DNA of 63,049 nucleotides, counting the filler, from Choristocarpus tenellus KU-1152 (taxonomy: Eukaryota > Protista > Phaeophyceae): assembly GCA_964200185.2 (NCBI GenBank). It is 10 parts of 10 records of this genome, joined end to end, with 100 filler letters (N's around TTAATTAATTAA, not from the genome) between each part and the next. Parts side by side here need not be neighbours in the genome. Positions count along the whole stretch, not along the records: positions 1 to 6,028 come from CAXNAD020009135.1; positions 6,129 to 8,648 come from CAXNAD020027128.1; positions 8,749 to 14,637 come from CAXNAD020009497.1; 7 more parts are not named here. One strand, given 5' to 3'. The notes under the pieces are model-generated. The model was not told the origin of the DNA, did no database searches, and saw only the letters and a program-made list of their open reading frames with translations. This document shows, in pieces, positions 1 to 11,505 of this stretch (position 1 is the first letter of the stretch; every line of letters begins with the position of its first letter). Both the position numbers and the translations under genes were made by a program.

Positions 1-789
1 TACTGTTAAAATCTAACAATAGTAAAAAGTACATGTTATTTTCATTAGAGTGGGTGAGAGTGAGATGTAATGGGTGCCCCTGAGGTGTTGGGGGAGGGGG
101 GGAGAGGGGGAAAGTAGTCAACTTCAAAACCTGCCTTCCACCTCCACCACAACCTGTTCGCCCTGTTATTAAAAGTATCAACGATGATCCTCCCCGAGTT
201 GTTCTGAGAAGGTTAGTTAGTTGAGTATACCCAACAAAGCAAGTTACCTAACTCTAACCCTACCATGAGCAGTAAAATCATTACTTCCATTTTGTCATCA
301 ACTCAAACACGACAATTTCCTCAACACCCTACCATCAATTCTAGTATCGCTCTTCCCCTTCACACCATACTGCAATGTATTGACAAATGCCTCCTTATCC
401 TCCACGTCTCCCTCCCCCTACGCTCAACCACTCACATCAAAATAATAAAAAATCTCTACAACACTCACAGCACCTCTCATCACGACACAAGCAGACTCAA
501 TTGCACAAAACCACCAGCCATGGCTCAAAATCAGAAATCAGTGCATGCCAGATTCTCCAGATTCTTACCATTCAGGTGGGGAATACGCCCTCGGCAGGAA
601 AGAAACCAAACACACAACACTACCATCTGTATTACGAATATATATAAATACATACACATATCACTGCAAAAAAGCTACTTTATTTCTCAATCTAAATTCT
701 CAGACAGTCGTCTATTGATCAATCAAACCCTTGAAGCTTGAGGGCCTTTGTTCACTTCTCAGAACAAAACAAAATAAAATAGCACGCGC

Positions 790-799
790 ATACACACAA

Positions 800-826
<27 letters not shown>
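790..826. repeat. (CA)n microsatellite
   Basis: Direct reading of the CA run. Confidence 0.9.
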
Positions 827-830
<4 letters not shown>

Positions 831-921
831 TCTTGATTCAAGGGAAAAAAAATCCAAGGCTTTCAAGGACTCCTCTTCACTGTTGCTTTCCATCCATCAC
901 CCACTTTAAAAAACAACATAC

Positions 922-1951
922 CTTTAGAAGTCGAAGCTGCAGAAGAAGAAAAAGGGTTCTGAGGGTTTTGAGGTGTGCTCGGCTGCTTTCCCTCCACAGC
1001 CAGCCAGTGCATGGTGAAGTCTGGCTCCAATGGGCACACCGGAAGGGAGGCGTTTGCTACCTGAAAGAAAAAGATGAAATACATAAAAAAAAATCTTTCA
1101 AAAAGGTCGTGTGTTGTGAATTGAACTCATTTGTAAGTCCATGTTGAAAAAAATATTACTTCGAAAACGTGTATGTATATGCATGTCTGTATATATGTCT
1201 GTATGTATGTTGTATGTATGTATGTATGTATGTATGTATGTATGTATGTATGTATGTATGTATGTATGTATGTATGTATGTATGTATATGTATGTCTGTA
1301 TGTCTGTATGTATGCATGTATACAGTGCACCAATGAAAGCGCGTGAAATGCTAACCTCCACGGTCAACGCACGCTAAACGCGCTCGTGCACAGAGAGTAA
1401 AGAACCATCCTTCAATTTTCGGTTTCAATTGATCGCAATTGATTAGAATCTCAGATTCACAAGACAAGAAATGTTTATGATTCTAATTGCTAGACAATAG
1501 TGGTACTCAAATCATACTCGAACGGTATACACTTCTAACTACGTAGCTGCAGCAGAAGCGTCCTGCCCACCACTCCAGCCATCAACGAGCATCGCACAGG
1601 TCGCACCATGTCATAGATGATCTCCGTTGAGTTCTTAAAAAAAATTGCATCCTTACTCGTCGTGTGTAGCAACAGAATGTTCCTTCTTCAGGCGTGAGAG
1701 TTAGACCCCCCCCCACCCTCACCCCTACCAATCCCCTCCCTCCCTCCTTGTGCTATGTCTCCTTCAATGAACTAAATACAAGTGGGTTTGGGCGTAACTG
1801 AACTACTGACTGCAGCTGTCACCCACCATTAGCACAGGCTAGGTTGCAAGAGTCAGTATACATAGCAATCCAGGACAACAAAATCAACAAGTACACTACC
1901 TCAGATTGCACCACCTCCTTGTCAACATCGCTGGGAACAGCAGGAGCAACA

Positions 1952-1989
<38 letters not shown>

Positions 1990-3970
1990 ACCAAACCCAT
2001 CACCTACCCCACACCCACAAACCAACGCCACAACAACCCCACACCCNNNNNNNNNNTTTATTTCCGGGCCCCCCCCCATACCAACCCCCTTCCCCCCCCC
2101 CCCCCCCCCCCCACTTGGGAACACCGGAGGCAAAAACCAACCCCCCCCCCCCCCCCCCCCCCTATCCGAAAAAACCCTTGAGATAGCATCCAAGATACAC
2201 ACAAGGGGGGTTCAAAAATCTCTCCAATCCTCTCCAAAGAAAAATACATGCATTTTCTACTACCCATGCGCCCAAAGAAAGGTAAAGGCATTTGCACACA
2301 TACCATCCCTTCCTCCCAACGCCCACTTGTAGGAAAACCATTGTTGTTATCCAAGGCGCACCAAGTGAAAAACAGAGAAATATCCCCCCTTCCCACGCCA
2401 AAACTCGTGAGATACATATTTACAAAGACCGCTACCCAGCACTCTAACACCGCCTGGAAAATATACTAGGCATATCATTATGTTTCCATACCTTGCGAAG
2501 GTCCACTTTGCTATCAAGTCCTGAATCTTGACTCTCTTTCTCGCCTCCTGAGCCGCCTGTAAACCCATAGAGAGGCTGGTGCAAGGTCAAAGGTTCCAAG
2601 AAGAGGAGTAGTTTTTGAAGGGGGGGGGGGGGGGTATGAGTATGAGGCAAGTAGCTCTTGACTTGAGGGTATATTTCTGTTGTATGTGGAAAGTTTACTT
2701 CTCAGATATATACCTAGAGATGTGTGTGTGCTTCAGGACAACCCTGGTAAGCGAGCTAGAATGACATCACAGCAAATAAAAAATTAGTGACCATGAAATA
2801 TATGTAGATATGGATAGATACTTCGACGTAACCTTCAATTGATCAGACCAGTAGAAATGAGGAAATAAAACAAAATAGTAGGAATCGATGCAATATCGTA
2901 AAATTTGCATGTTGTGCCATGTGAAAAGAGGGGGATGGGGAGTTGGGGGTGGATTAGCTTTTAGCATGAGTTCACACTTGGAGGGGTATCTGATCAAAAT
3001 CGCAACAACCAATCAACGTAGAATTTTGTGGTGTACACAACATTCACCACAAGTTCTGCAGGAAGTTTCATGATGGCCAATAGTAACACAGGTACTTCAA
3101 TAGGGTGAAACAAGTTCAGCTTCACAGTTCTGCGCGTCTCAAAACAATATATGGCGTTTTATTGGTGAGGTGTTTTGAATCAACGCAAAGCAACTGCGAG
3201 GGGAACAAGAGCGAGCATGTGGCAGCGAAACTATTAATAGTGCAGTTAATACGGCAGTAAGTCATCAAATTGCATATACCATTAGGTGCACACGCAGATA
3301 CAGTTAAATGGGCAACCAAAGCAGCCCTGTTGAATTCAACAACCTTGTTCACCACATAACCTTTGGCGAAGGCCAATGAGAAACGTCTGTCTACCTCATG
3401 ATACGGTTCCCGAGCGGTATGATAGAGAAAGATGAGTAGTGAAAGATAAGTACCTCGCTGTTTCGCATCTCCAGGGCGAAGTTGACATCATCTACCCTAA
3501 GTTTGGTGCGTTTGCTGCGCCGCTGCACATTGAGGGCTTCGTCTACAACATCTCGGAGGTGATACTCCACAGAAGCCGACAGGAATGCTAAAACATCGGG
3601 TGAGAGTGGCCCAACCTTGCAACCGAATTATTCGAGATAAACATAGGCGGGGGGGAGCAAAAGGTCAATCGAGGAATCAACCTAGATTCTCTGGTGGATT
3701 GGCTTGTCTTGTGATCAGAGGGATGAGGCAAGATTGGCAACGAGATAAGGTCGACAGTAAGGTCACCCCACCAGTACATCGAAAGAAACGATAAACATTA
3801 CAAACTGAGGGTGGATTTAGCCCTGGGTTCCGCTTCATCTGCCCCAGACCTCCAGCTCTTTGCCAAATATCCAAGGAGGAAGAGAAACTGAATGGTCTTG
3901 AAGGTCAGAGCGTAGACCCTCTAACCTTTGCAGCAGCGGCGATTACCGATAGAGACTCCTGCGGGATCAT
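922..3970 (-). CDS. TAF6: TFIID subunit TAF6, 5' exons (partial, runs off contig)
   Basis: GT-AG exons 3970-3926, 3615-3454, 2575-2492 and 1060-922 join in frame to MIPQESLSVIAAAAK/VGPLSPDVLAFLSASVEYHLRDVVDEALNVQRRSKRTKLRVDDVNFALEMRNSE/PLYGF.../VANASLPVCPLEPDFTMHWLAVEGKQPSTPQNP. This matches the TAF6 H4-like histone fold, the EPLYGF motif and the HWLAVEGxQP motif. Confidence 0.93.
1170..1322. repeat. (TATG)n microsatellite in a TAF6 intron
   Basis: Long perfect TATG run with degenerate edges; explains the HTYI/CMYV ORFs. Confidence 0.95.
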
Positions 3971-4279
3971 CTTCTATTCGATATTGTTTCACAGGACAAA
4001 ATGCAAGCAGCGAGTCCAGTCAACTACATCGTTTCACACCCTCAACATTGACACAACAATCTTTTGGTGTGAAGAACATAGTGCTCGAACTCGCGCCAAG
4101 TATCACAAATCGCGCGTCCATATGATCATCAAACTACTATGTTATTAAAACGCTTCAAACAATATTAAGTAGGTTCGCCTTTTCTGGCAATCTTGTTTTT
4201 TTTCACGGAAAAGCCAGAAGAATTAACACAACAATATCAAATGAAAGTTATGGCAAGGGTGTTTGAAGGTGTGCATCCA

Positions 4280-5480
4280 CGAATGGACAAGCTTCGGGGA
4301 ATGGGAGCTGTGTCCCGATCAAGTAATGGAAAAAAACGGGAAGGACATCTCCAGCGCAATTTTGAACGTCAGGACTTCAAAACGGGTTAAAATGAAGTAG
4401 TTGGCTAAGCTCCCCGCAAAAAACTAATGTAGGTGGGATCGCTTCCAAGGTTTGACGCTGTGGTGATACCGAAAAAAACCCCTAAGATTTGCGGACATTT
4501 TTTTAGCATCTTTTGCAGACTTTCTGTGAGCACACACACACGCGACCCACACGGCAACATGGACCACGATGATGAGACAAGGAGAGCCGCCGAGGCCACT
4601 CTGCCCCCTGGATCTACCCTCGGCACCTTCTCTGTCAAGAGATGACGGACATGCAAGTACCGTGTGATACTTAGTGTGATGTTAGGTGATGAGAACGTGC
4701 GAGTAGTGTGGCGCAGCAGCACGATCAAATCGCAAAATGGATCATGGAGCCGCGATACTGACGCTGAGGCAAGATTCATTGAAAGCATTACCACACAAAC
4801 GTGGTTGAATCTTAAAACGCTGCGGAGCACTGCTCTGCAGTCTCCGCCGCCTCAGGAGAGCAGGAAGAGAGCGGCAAGTCTATCACCAGGTGGTAAAGGG
4901 ACGAAGTCTGTGGGAAAGCCTGGTCACTGCAAGCGATGGGAAAACCGGATTGAGGAAGAGAGCAGTGCGACTGCGTGCCATTGTGCTCAGCAAACGCCTA
5001 AGTGAAAATCCAGGTGTAGAATATCTTAGTAGTCCACAGTTGCAGCAGGCCAAGGCTGTTTGAAAGCCGTGCGAGCCGGAGTGGCTAAAGGAAACGAGAA
5101 AGAAGGTGTTAGGTTTGGGGTACAAGGGCTCTGAAGCCCGAAAGAAGGTCGAAAGGGCTTGCAAGGCGGAGGAGAAAGCGATTGTAACAAAGGCGACTGC
5201 GGAGACTTTTCGATAACACCAAATCCTTTACTTAGAAGAGGTCACGAAGCAGGTGAAGGTAGCCATCCATGAGGACACCATGGAAGAAAAGAGGAGGTGA
5301 GATTGAGACTATCTGCACACCAATTGTTTTGTGTCTCCCACTTCTTGCAAGACGTCATACATTCACGTTTGTTCCTGGACTTAGGGTTGGACGTATAAAG
5401 TTCATTAAGGCTTTCTCTCAGCTTGCATTCATTCGAGAAATCAACACAATATTCAAACAACTCAAGCCTGTCCTCCCTCG
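4280..5480 (+). pseudogene. Dispersed repeat carrying a decayed spliced ORF of unknown function (copy 1)
   Basis: Homologous to the reverse complement of about 41360-42927. ORF from caacATG at 4559 (MDHDDETRRAAEATLPPGSTLG...) with in-frame stops and a putative gtgag...ttag intron near 5298-5385. Confidence 0.7.
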
Positions 5481-6028
5481 TGTTAAAGTATCTCCCAAAT
5501 CATCAAAGAGGATAAAGGTGATAAATCCAGCAAGATTGCTTGGTATCTGTAGAGTGATTGAATAAAGTTAAGTGGGGCATGCAGCACCCCATAAAATCAG
5601 AAATATTTCCTTTTATATGAGAAATTTCCCATAAACTAATCTAATAGGTTATGATAACTCAACCACTAATTGATTGTTCCTTTACTCCATACATAGTTTA
5701 CCGTAACTGACCCTCTCTAGCTTGAACAACTCGTGAGAACTTACAAGAAAACAATTATGGATCCTAGGAGACTCCTCAGGTCAATCCTGTATGACAAGAA
5801 AACAACCAGCTATTGACCTTACTGAAAAGAAATTCATCCAAACAAACACACTCAAATTCAGCGAGAAACAAAACACTAAACATAGTCTAAATTTAGCAAA
5901 GCCCCCGCATGCCTCCAAAAAGATATTTCTGCTAAAGGCTTGGTCAAGACATCTCCATGTTGCTCATCTGAGGTAACATGAACAATCCTTTTTGTCCATT
6001 TGCTACCAAGTCCCTCAGGAAATGATCC

Positions 6029-6128
6029 NNNNNNNNNNNNNNNNNNNNNNNNNNNNNNNNNNNNNNNNNNNNTTAATTAATTAANNNNNNNNNNNNNNNN
6101 NNNNNNNNNNNNNNNNNNNNNNNNNNNN
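6029..6128. other. Artificial contig linker (N-TTAATTAATTAA-N)
   Basis: The same 100-nt N-padded spacer with stops in all frames also occurs at 8649-8748, 14638-14737, 21346-21445, 26828-26927, 32707-32806, 36902-37001, 42990-43089 and 54705-54804. Confidence 0.98.
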
Positions 6129-6180
6129 AAATGGACACCCTGGTGTAGACCCCCCCCCCCTCCCCCGGATACTTTGAGCT
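6129..6180. mobile_element. MITE family A end, nested in a family B copy
   Basis: aaatggacaccctggtgtagaccccc...gatactttgagct is a family A terminus, directly followed by internal family B sequence. Confidence 0.8.
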
Positions 6181-6370
6181 ATTTTGGCTATCGTGTTTGT
6201 TAGGAAGTGTGTCAATATCTTTGTTTCGGACACACCTTTTTATAACGTATACATTTTACCTACTTTGAAACATTTTGGAGTAGGAAAACGTCATATAAAA
6301 AAAACATGGAAAGCCAAGTCCCAAATGGACAAACAGGGCAAAACCTGTACCCTCTACGATACTTTCACTC
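6181..6370 (+). mobile_element. MITE family B, 3' part
   Basis: attttggctatcgtgtttgttagg...taccctctacgatactttcactc matches the copies at 30836, 44896 and 53274. Confidence 0.9.
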
Positions 6371-8366
6371 AAGCAGAACTATGGAAGAACAAGTATTCCT
6401 TACCCTAAATCTTTGGCATGTGTTGACAGGGACTTACCCAAAGGTTACAGGTTGGTGGAAGGGGGCGAGGTGTGACTTCAAACATGCTCACCAGAGCAAG
6501 TAGTTGTTTTTTGTTTTCTGTTTGAACTTGAAGTAAGGGTGGTGTATTTGTCACAGACTTACGTATTCCTGTTCCCTTGATGCAGTGTCCGCCGGCCAAG
6601 TTGGCACAGTCTGGACCTAGTTTTGTATACTCTGTTCATAGAACTGTCAGCTAGCACCTAATACAAGAATAATTGAGGGAAACGGTCTCCCTGCTGTGAG
6701 TTAGTCGGATTGGTCAAGTCGAAATCCTTGTCTGAAAAACACCAGCTTTGGTTCAATATTTGGATTCACATTTGTATTTAGGTATGTTACCACGATCACA
6801 GCCCGCAGCTAATGACAAATACAACGCTAATATACCAGCGGATAACATCTTGTCACCTCAATATCCAACGCCTTCCTGGACTCTGTCGAGGGTCTGATGA
6901 GTAAGCCTTCCCGATCGGCAGCCTTCTCCAATAGATCTCCGATATATCCTGCCAGAAAAGAAAGTGACGTGCCTGGAATCAGTCTAGGTATCAATCCCCC
7001 ACTGAGATGGGGGAGTGGTTTGCTACTGCGTCAATGGAATATTGTAACTACCAAGATAAGAGAAAGTATACATTCTTCCTCGGATGCAAGGCGAGATCAA
7101 TAGCCTTAAAAACTATGCGATGTCTCATATAGGGTTTCGTCCTCATTGAACCATGTTGGGGCACACCAGACTCCTTGTCATGTATTTGCTTCCTCTTTAT
7201 GAGGTGCTTTGGTGATTCCAGGGAAACACCCTTTTCGGAGCTTTGCTTTACAAACCTATCTCTGTGTACCCTCCGCCAATCACAAACACATTCGAAAGTT
7301 GGCTTAACGTTTCGACCAAAGGAGGGTACACTTCCGCCTTGGTACTAAGTTGCGAAGACTGTTACACTTTTTCATGATAATGTTCCTAAAAAGTATTCAG
7401 ATTTTAAGCAAACTTATCGCCATCCCTTCGCAGCTCGGGATTACCTCTCATTTACGCCAAACCGTCACAGTATACGATGCTCGCAAGTTAGGTACATCCA
7501 AAAAATAGCGTATGTGTATCAACAGGTCGTTTCCGTAATGGATTTCACCATAGTTTTATCGATCAAGGTATTGATTCCATTAATCAAAAATCAAACTAAT
7601 TAATGACACTAAATGATTACTCTATATTTTTCCACACTTCCGAAGACACGAACGCATATACAGCCGGGCATACAAAATGCATTGTTCATGCAAGTCATGG
7701 AACCAAATCGACCGAAATTCGCGACATGGCCCACTCCTGACCCACGTGGACAGCCGTCACCCTAACCCACGTACCCCAATTTATAATTCATGTGAATGTT
7801 CCCCCCAAAAATGCAAATTCTTAAATAAACCTATCCCCATCCCTTAGCACCTCGAGAATACCTCTCACTTACCCCAAGACCCCCAGAATACCACAAAATC
7901 GATGTATGCTTACGAAAAAAAAGGTTTTCGTACCATACCTAACCATGCTTCAATCAATTAAACTATATATTCGCTTCAATTAGAGTCCAAATAATCAATT
8001 ACACGATTCATCGTACTTCAATCAATTAAGCAACTCGTTTCACTCCAACTAATAATCTGACTAATTCATAACCCAAATCGCCATTCGCAATGAATGTAAG
8101 CATTTGTTCACTTAATGAAGTATATACCACCAGATACAAAAAACAATGACAACATATTTTTCAATACTTACAGAGCAAAAGCATACGAACATGGGTACTT
8201 CACCGTACCTAAAACTAACCCTAACCATTTTTTCCTTCAAAAAGTCTAAATAATAAATCGCACAGAGGAATGACAGCATATTTTTCCGTACTTCTTGAGC
8301 ACAATTATACCAAAGTATATACACATAAGTCTACGAAATACATTATAAATGCAACCAACTAACCCT

Positions 8367-8433
8367 AAAATCGCGACATCTAAGAATCAACCTCAAATGG
8401 ACAGCCGTCACCCCCTCCCAGATATTTTAACCC
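8367..8433 (+). mobile_element. Degenerate MITE family A end
   Basis: aaaatcgcgacat...aaatggacagccgtcaccccctcccagatatttt; a related fragment lies at about 7716-7765. Confidence 0.6.
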
Positions 8434-8748
8434 TAACAACCTTGGCCTTGATTTCATTCTCCACCTTAGACAGGACATTCAGAATTTTTGAGTAGATATG
8501 AGGAGTTGGTTTTGAAAAAAACATATTCATCATTTCAAGTATCCACAGTAGACCATCCATGTCAAAGTCTATACCGAGATTCTGGATGCAAAAGTATGCT
8601 TTCAATTGCCAACATATCTGATGCTAGTAGCGTTTAGAAGTGTTAGCTNNNNNNNNNNNNNNNNNNNNNNNNNNNNNNNNNNNNNNNNNNNNTTAATTAA
8701 TTAANNNNNNNNNNNNNNNNNNNNNNNNNNNNNNNNNNNNNNNNNNNN

Positions 8749-8817
8749 CCAAAATCGCGACATAAAAAAATTGACCCCAAATGGACAGCCGCCACCCCCC
8801 CTTAGATACTTTGAGCC
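8749..8817 (+). mobile_element. MITE family A, 3' part at contig start
   Basis: aaatggacagccgccacccccccttagatactttgagcc terminus. Confidence 0.88.
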
Positions 8818-11238
8818 CGAGTTAGTTAATGAAACACTGGTGAATGATCTCAGTTCATAACAATATGTATTTTGCTTCTTGTTGTGCCCTATATGAAGTC
8901 AGTGAATAGCAGGTGATAGAGATGAAGTTGTTGCTCAGTAAAGCTGTCCCGTACATCTCAAACTCTCCAGAAGCAAGAGGTTGTTACACAAGTCAGCCGT
9001 TTGTTGTTCTTGTACCCCTTCTTGTTTTGAAGGGTGGGTGGGTGGATGGTTGTTGGTGGTATCCTCCTGGTGGTTGGCACGGGTTTCCTAACACCGGTAA
9101 GGCCTACAGGTAAAAGGAGGATGAAAAAGTGGTGTGTTGTATTACTTCACATGATGCACTCTTCTTATGGAGCTGGAATTCCCAACCAAAATTGAGTATT
9201 TTCGCATCAATGATTAGAATGGGACAACTGGAGATGGCGTCTATAGTTCGATTTTAAGCTTGTCAGGTTGAATGTCCTAGTAGTGGTTTTTGTGACACTG
9301 TGTGTCTCTTCTGGTAAGAAGGGAGGGGGTAAGATGGTCCTGGAACTACTGTAGCTTCGATGTGCCTAGCCTGTGCAGCCTTCCGTAACAGTGAGACCGA
9401 TCGAGGAACTCTTTTTTATGTATGTGTTTTCATTTTTACATCGCCCGTACGTAGTATGTTAGTTGGTTCCCTTCAAAAGGTGTGCGGTGTGTGAACATTA
9501 GCTTTGCGTAAGACATGTACTAGTGTTACACCGAAAACAAAGAAAACAATTCTTGGTCAATTGATTGCAGTTCTCACAGTATTGAACATTCACTTGTCCA
9601 CTGGGCTACTTGTTTTAGCTAGGCCAGTAAAAGCTCGATCAATAATGCACAATCTCGTAGGACAGGCGCAGGTTCATGACTGGTTGAATTGGTGACTAAT
9701 TTGGGTGTGATAAGGTTGGCTATGAAGGGGTGTACGGCACGGTGCTGATGAGGGATGTTTTGTGTTGTTGTGCAACTGTTTCGGGGTTTGAGGGTTCCTA
9801 GAAGGGTTGGTTAGTTGGATGTGAGGGACATATTCATTTAGTAGGAAGACGTTGGAGAAAGGAAAATGAGTGATGACTGACTCCTTGTTGATGCGTTGAA
9901 CTTTTTAATAACAAACTTGAGAGGCCTGGAGGAAGTGTTGCAACGCAAATCGGTAGTATCGTAACCTCATAATTTTGTGGTCATCATCGAATCGACTGGA
10001 AATATTTTGATTGATTGGATTGAACTTTAGATTCACAAGAAAAGGATGTCTCCAAAATACGTACAGTAGTTCGGGTAGTAGTGGTGTGTGGTGCGGCGAG
10101 GCAAACTAAAGTGTTTCACTACGAATTTCGAGCGTTTTTGGTAAATATATGGGTGCCAGGCGACCTTCTCGATACATACATACAACGTTCCTAATTGGAC
10201 AAAATAGTTTCTTGTTACTAACGATCACTTGTATCTCGCCATTTGCATTGCTTCTAAATATACATGCCTATGTATAATGATCAGCCCCCTTGTTGGCACT
10301 GTAAGAGATATCCCAGACATGCCGATGTGTTCACGACTCACGACAATGAGGATGAAGGAAAGGGCTTGGGCAGGTTGGGTGGGGTATAGGATGGCAGGTG
10401 ACTGTAGTGGTTGACAAGGTGTGAAGCCCAGGGAGCACGGGGAGGCCGCTGTAGCTCTTGATCTGTTGACAATCATGCTCACCTATCTCTCTCTTGTTTA
10501 CTATTTTTTAAATCTTAACTTTAGTCTGTGGACAATCCCGATTTATGGTCCTGACAAGGTAGACTGCGTCAAGGTTAGCAAGAACCTGGAGGGATTACTT
10601 CTTTCATTGTTGGTAGGCATGGAGGAAGCGAAACAAACTGAATATTTGCAACATTGCCACCTGTTTCGAGCTCATCAAGTGAGCAGATCTGAGTTAAACC
10701 ATGGTGCTGCAGTTCTCAAACCTATGCCAGAGGTGCCACAATACAATATACCGAGTCAAAGTGAACGAGATGTAATCAAGATATTAGATGTTTTGCAATT
10801 AGTTTTCCAATATTTTGCACTTAACCCATATTTCTATTGATGATGAAGTGCCAAGTTTGACTTGAGAGGGTTGATTTCTCTATTGTTTAAAAATTTTGGA
10901 CAGAGTTAAGAAAATAATATTTGCGCATTTGTGAAAAAAACTAATTTACACATATTTCTCAGTGTCCTAAAATGCAACTCTGTCTGAATACCTCTCGTTT
11001 ACTTTCATACACTAGTACTCCACACTACTGTACAAGTATTATTGCCCACACCTACAGAGCTCTGGTAGTATAGATACAGTAAGCGTGTAACGGATTGTGG
11101 GCGCCCACCCTTCCTGCATACCATCATTACGACCTAGTCATCACCACCAGGGATTCGGACACACTATTTCATTAGGTGTAGATCCCAGAACTTTCATGTT
11201 TATGTTACAATATCCAGTTAGAAAAAAATTGTAAAGGT

Positions 11239-11312
11239 GCTCGAGTGGCCCAGTGGTTAAGGCGCCTCTCTTGTAAAGAGGAGATTCGTGAGTTCAAATC
11301 TCGCCTTGAGCT
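11239..11312 (+). tRNA. trnT: tRNA-Thr(TGT)
   Basis: Cloverleaf: acceptor GCTCGAG/CTTGAGC, D arm GCCC-AGTGGTTA-AGGC, anticodon arm CCTCT-CTTGTAA-AGAGG, T arm GTGAG-TTCAAAT-CTCGC; followed by an oligo-T Pol III terminator. Confidence 0.95.
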
Positions 11313-11440
11313 TTTTGCTGTGTCTTCGTGAGTTCGAACGTTTTTGGAACATACTTGTGCGTTCTATTGAGGAATTTTGATTTCCATTGAGTTTCAGTCA
11401 CAAATACTAGAAAAATAACACAAAATAATCACCCAGAACC

Positions 11441-11505
11441 TTAGTAGTTAAGGCGTTTCGGTTGTAAGGAGGAGATTCGTGTGTTCAATATGTCACCTTG
11501 AGCTT
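11441..11505 (+). pseudogene. Decayed tRNA-Thr copy
   Basis: tagtagttaaggcgtttcggttgtaaggaggagattcgtgtgttcaatatgtcaccttgagcttttt aligns to the tRNA at 11239, with broken stems and no 5' acceptor strand. Confidence 0.8.

Noticed and set aside
1098-1377. HTYI/CMYV repeat proteins
   Set aside because: Translations of the TATG microsatellite
1819-2450. Poly-Pro/poly-Gly (formin-like) ORFs
   Set aside because: Poly-C runs around an N gap inside a TAF6 intron; low-complexity or low-quality sequence. The same applies at 26797-26827 and 32935-33022.
6029-6128. Recurrent TTAATTAATTAA palindrome and ORFs ending in LIN
   Set aside because: Artificial linker; neighbouring contigs have no demonstrated linkage, so no gene cluster can be inferred across them
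10421-10840. 139-aa plus-strand ORF
   Set aside because: GTG start, no motif and no supported splice partners
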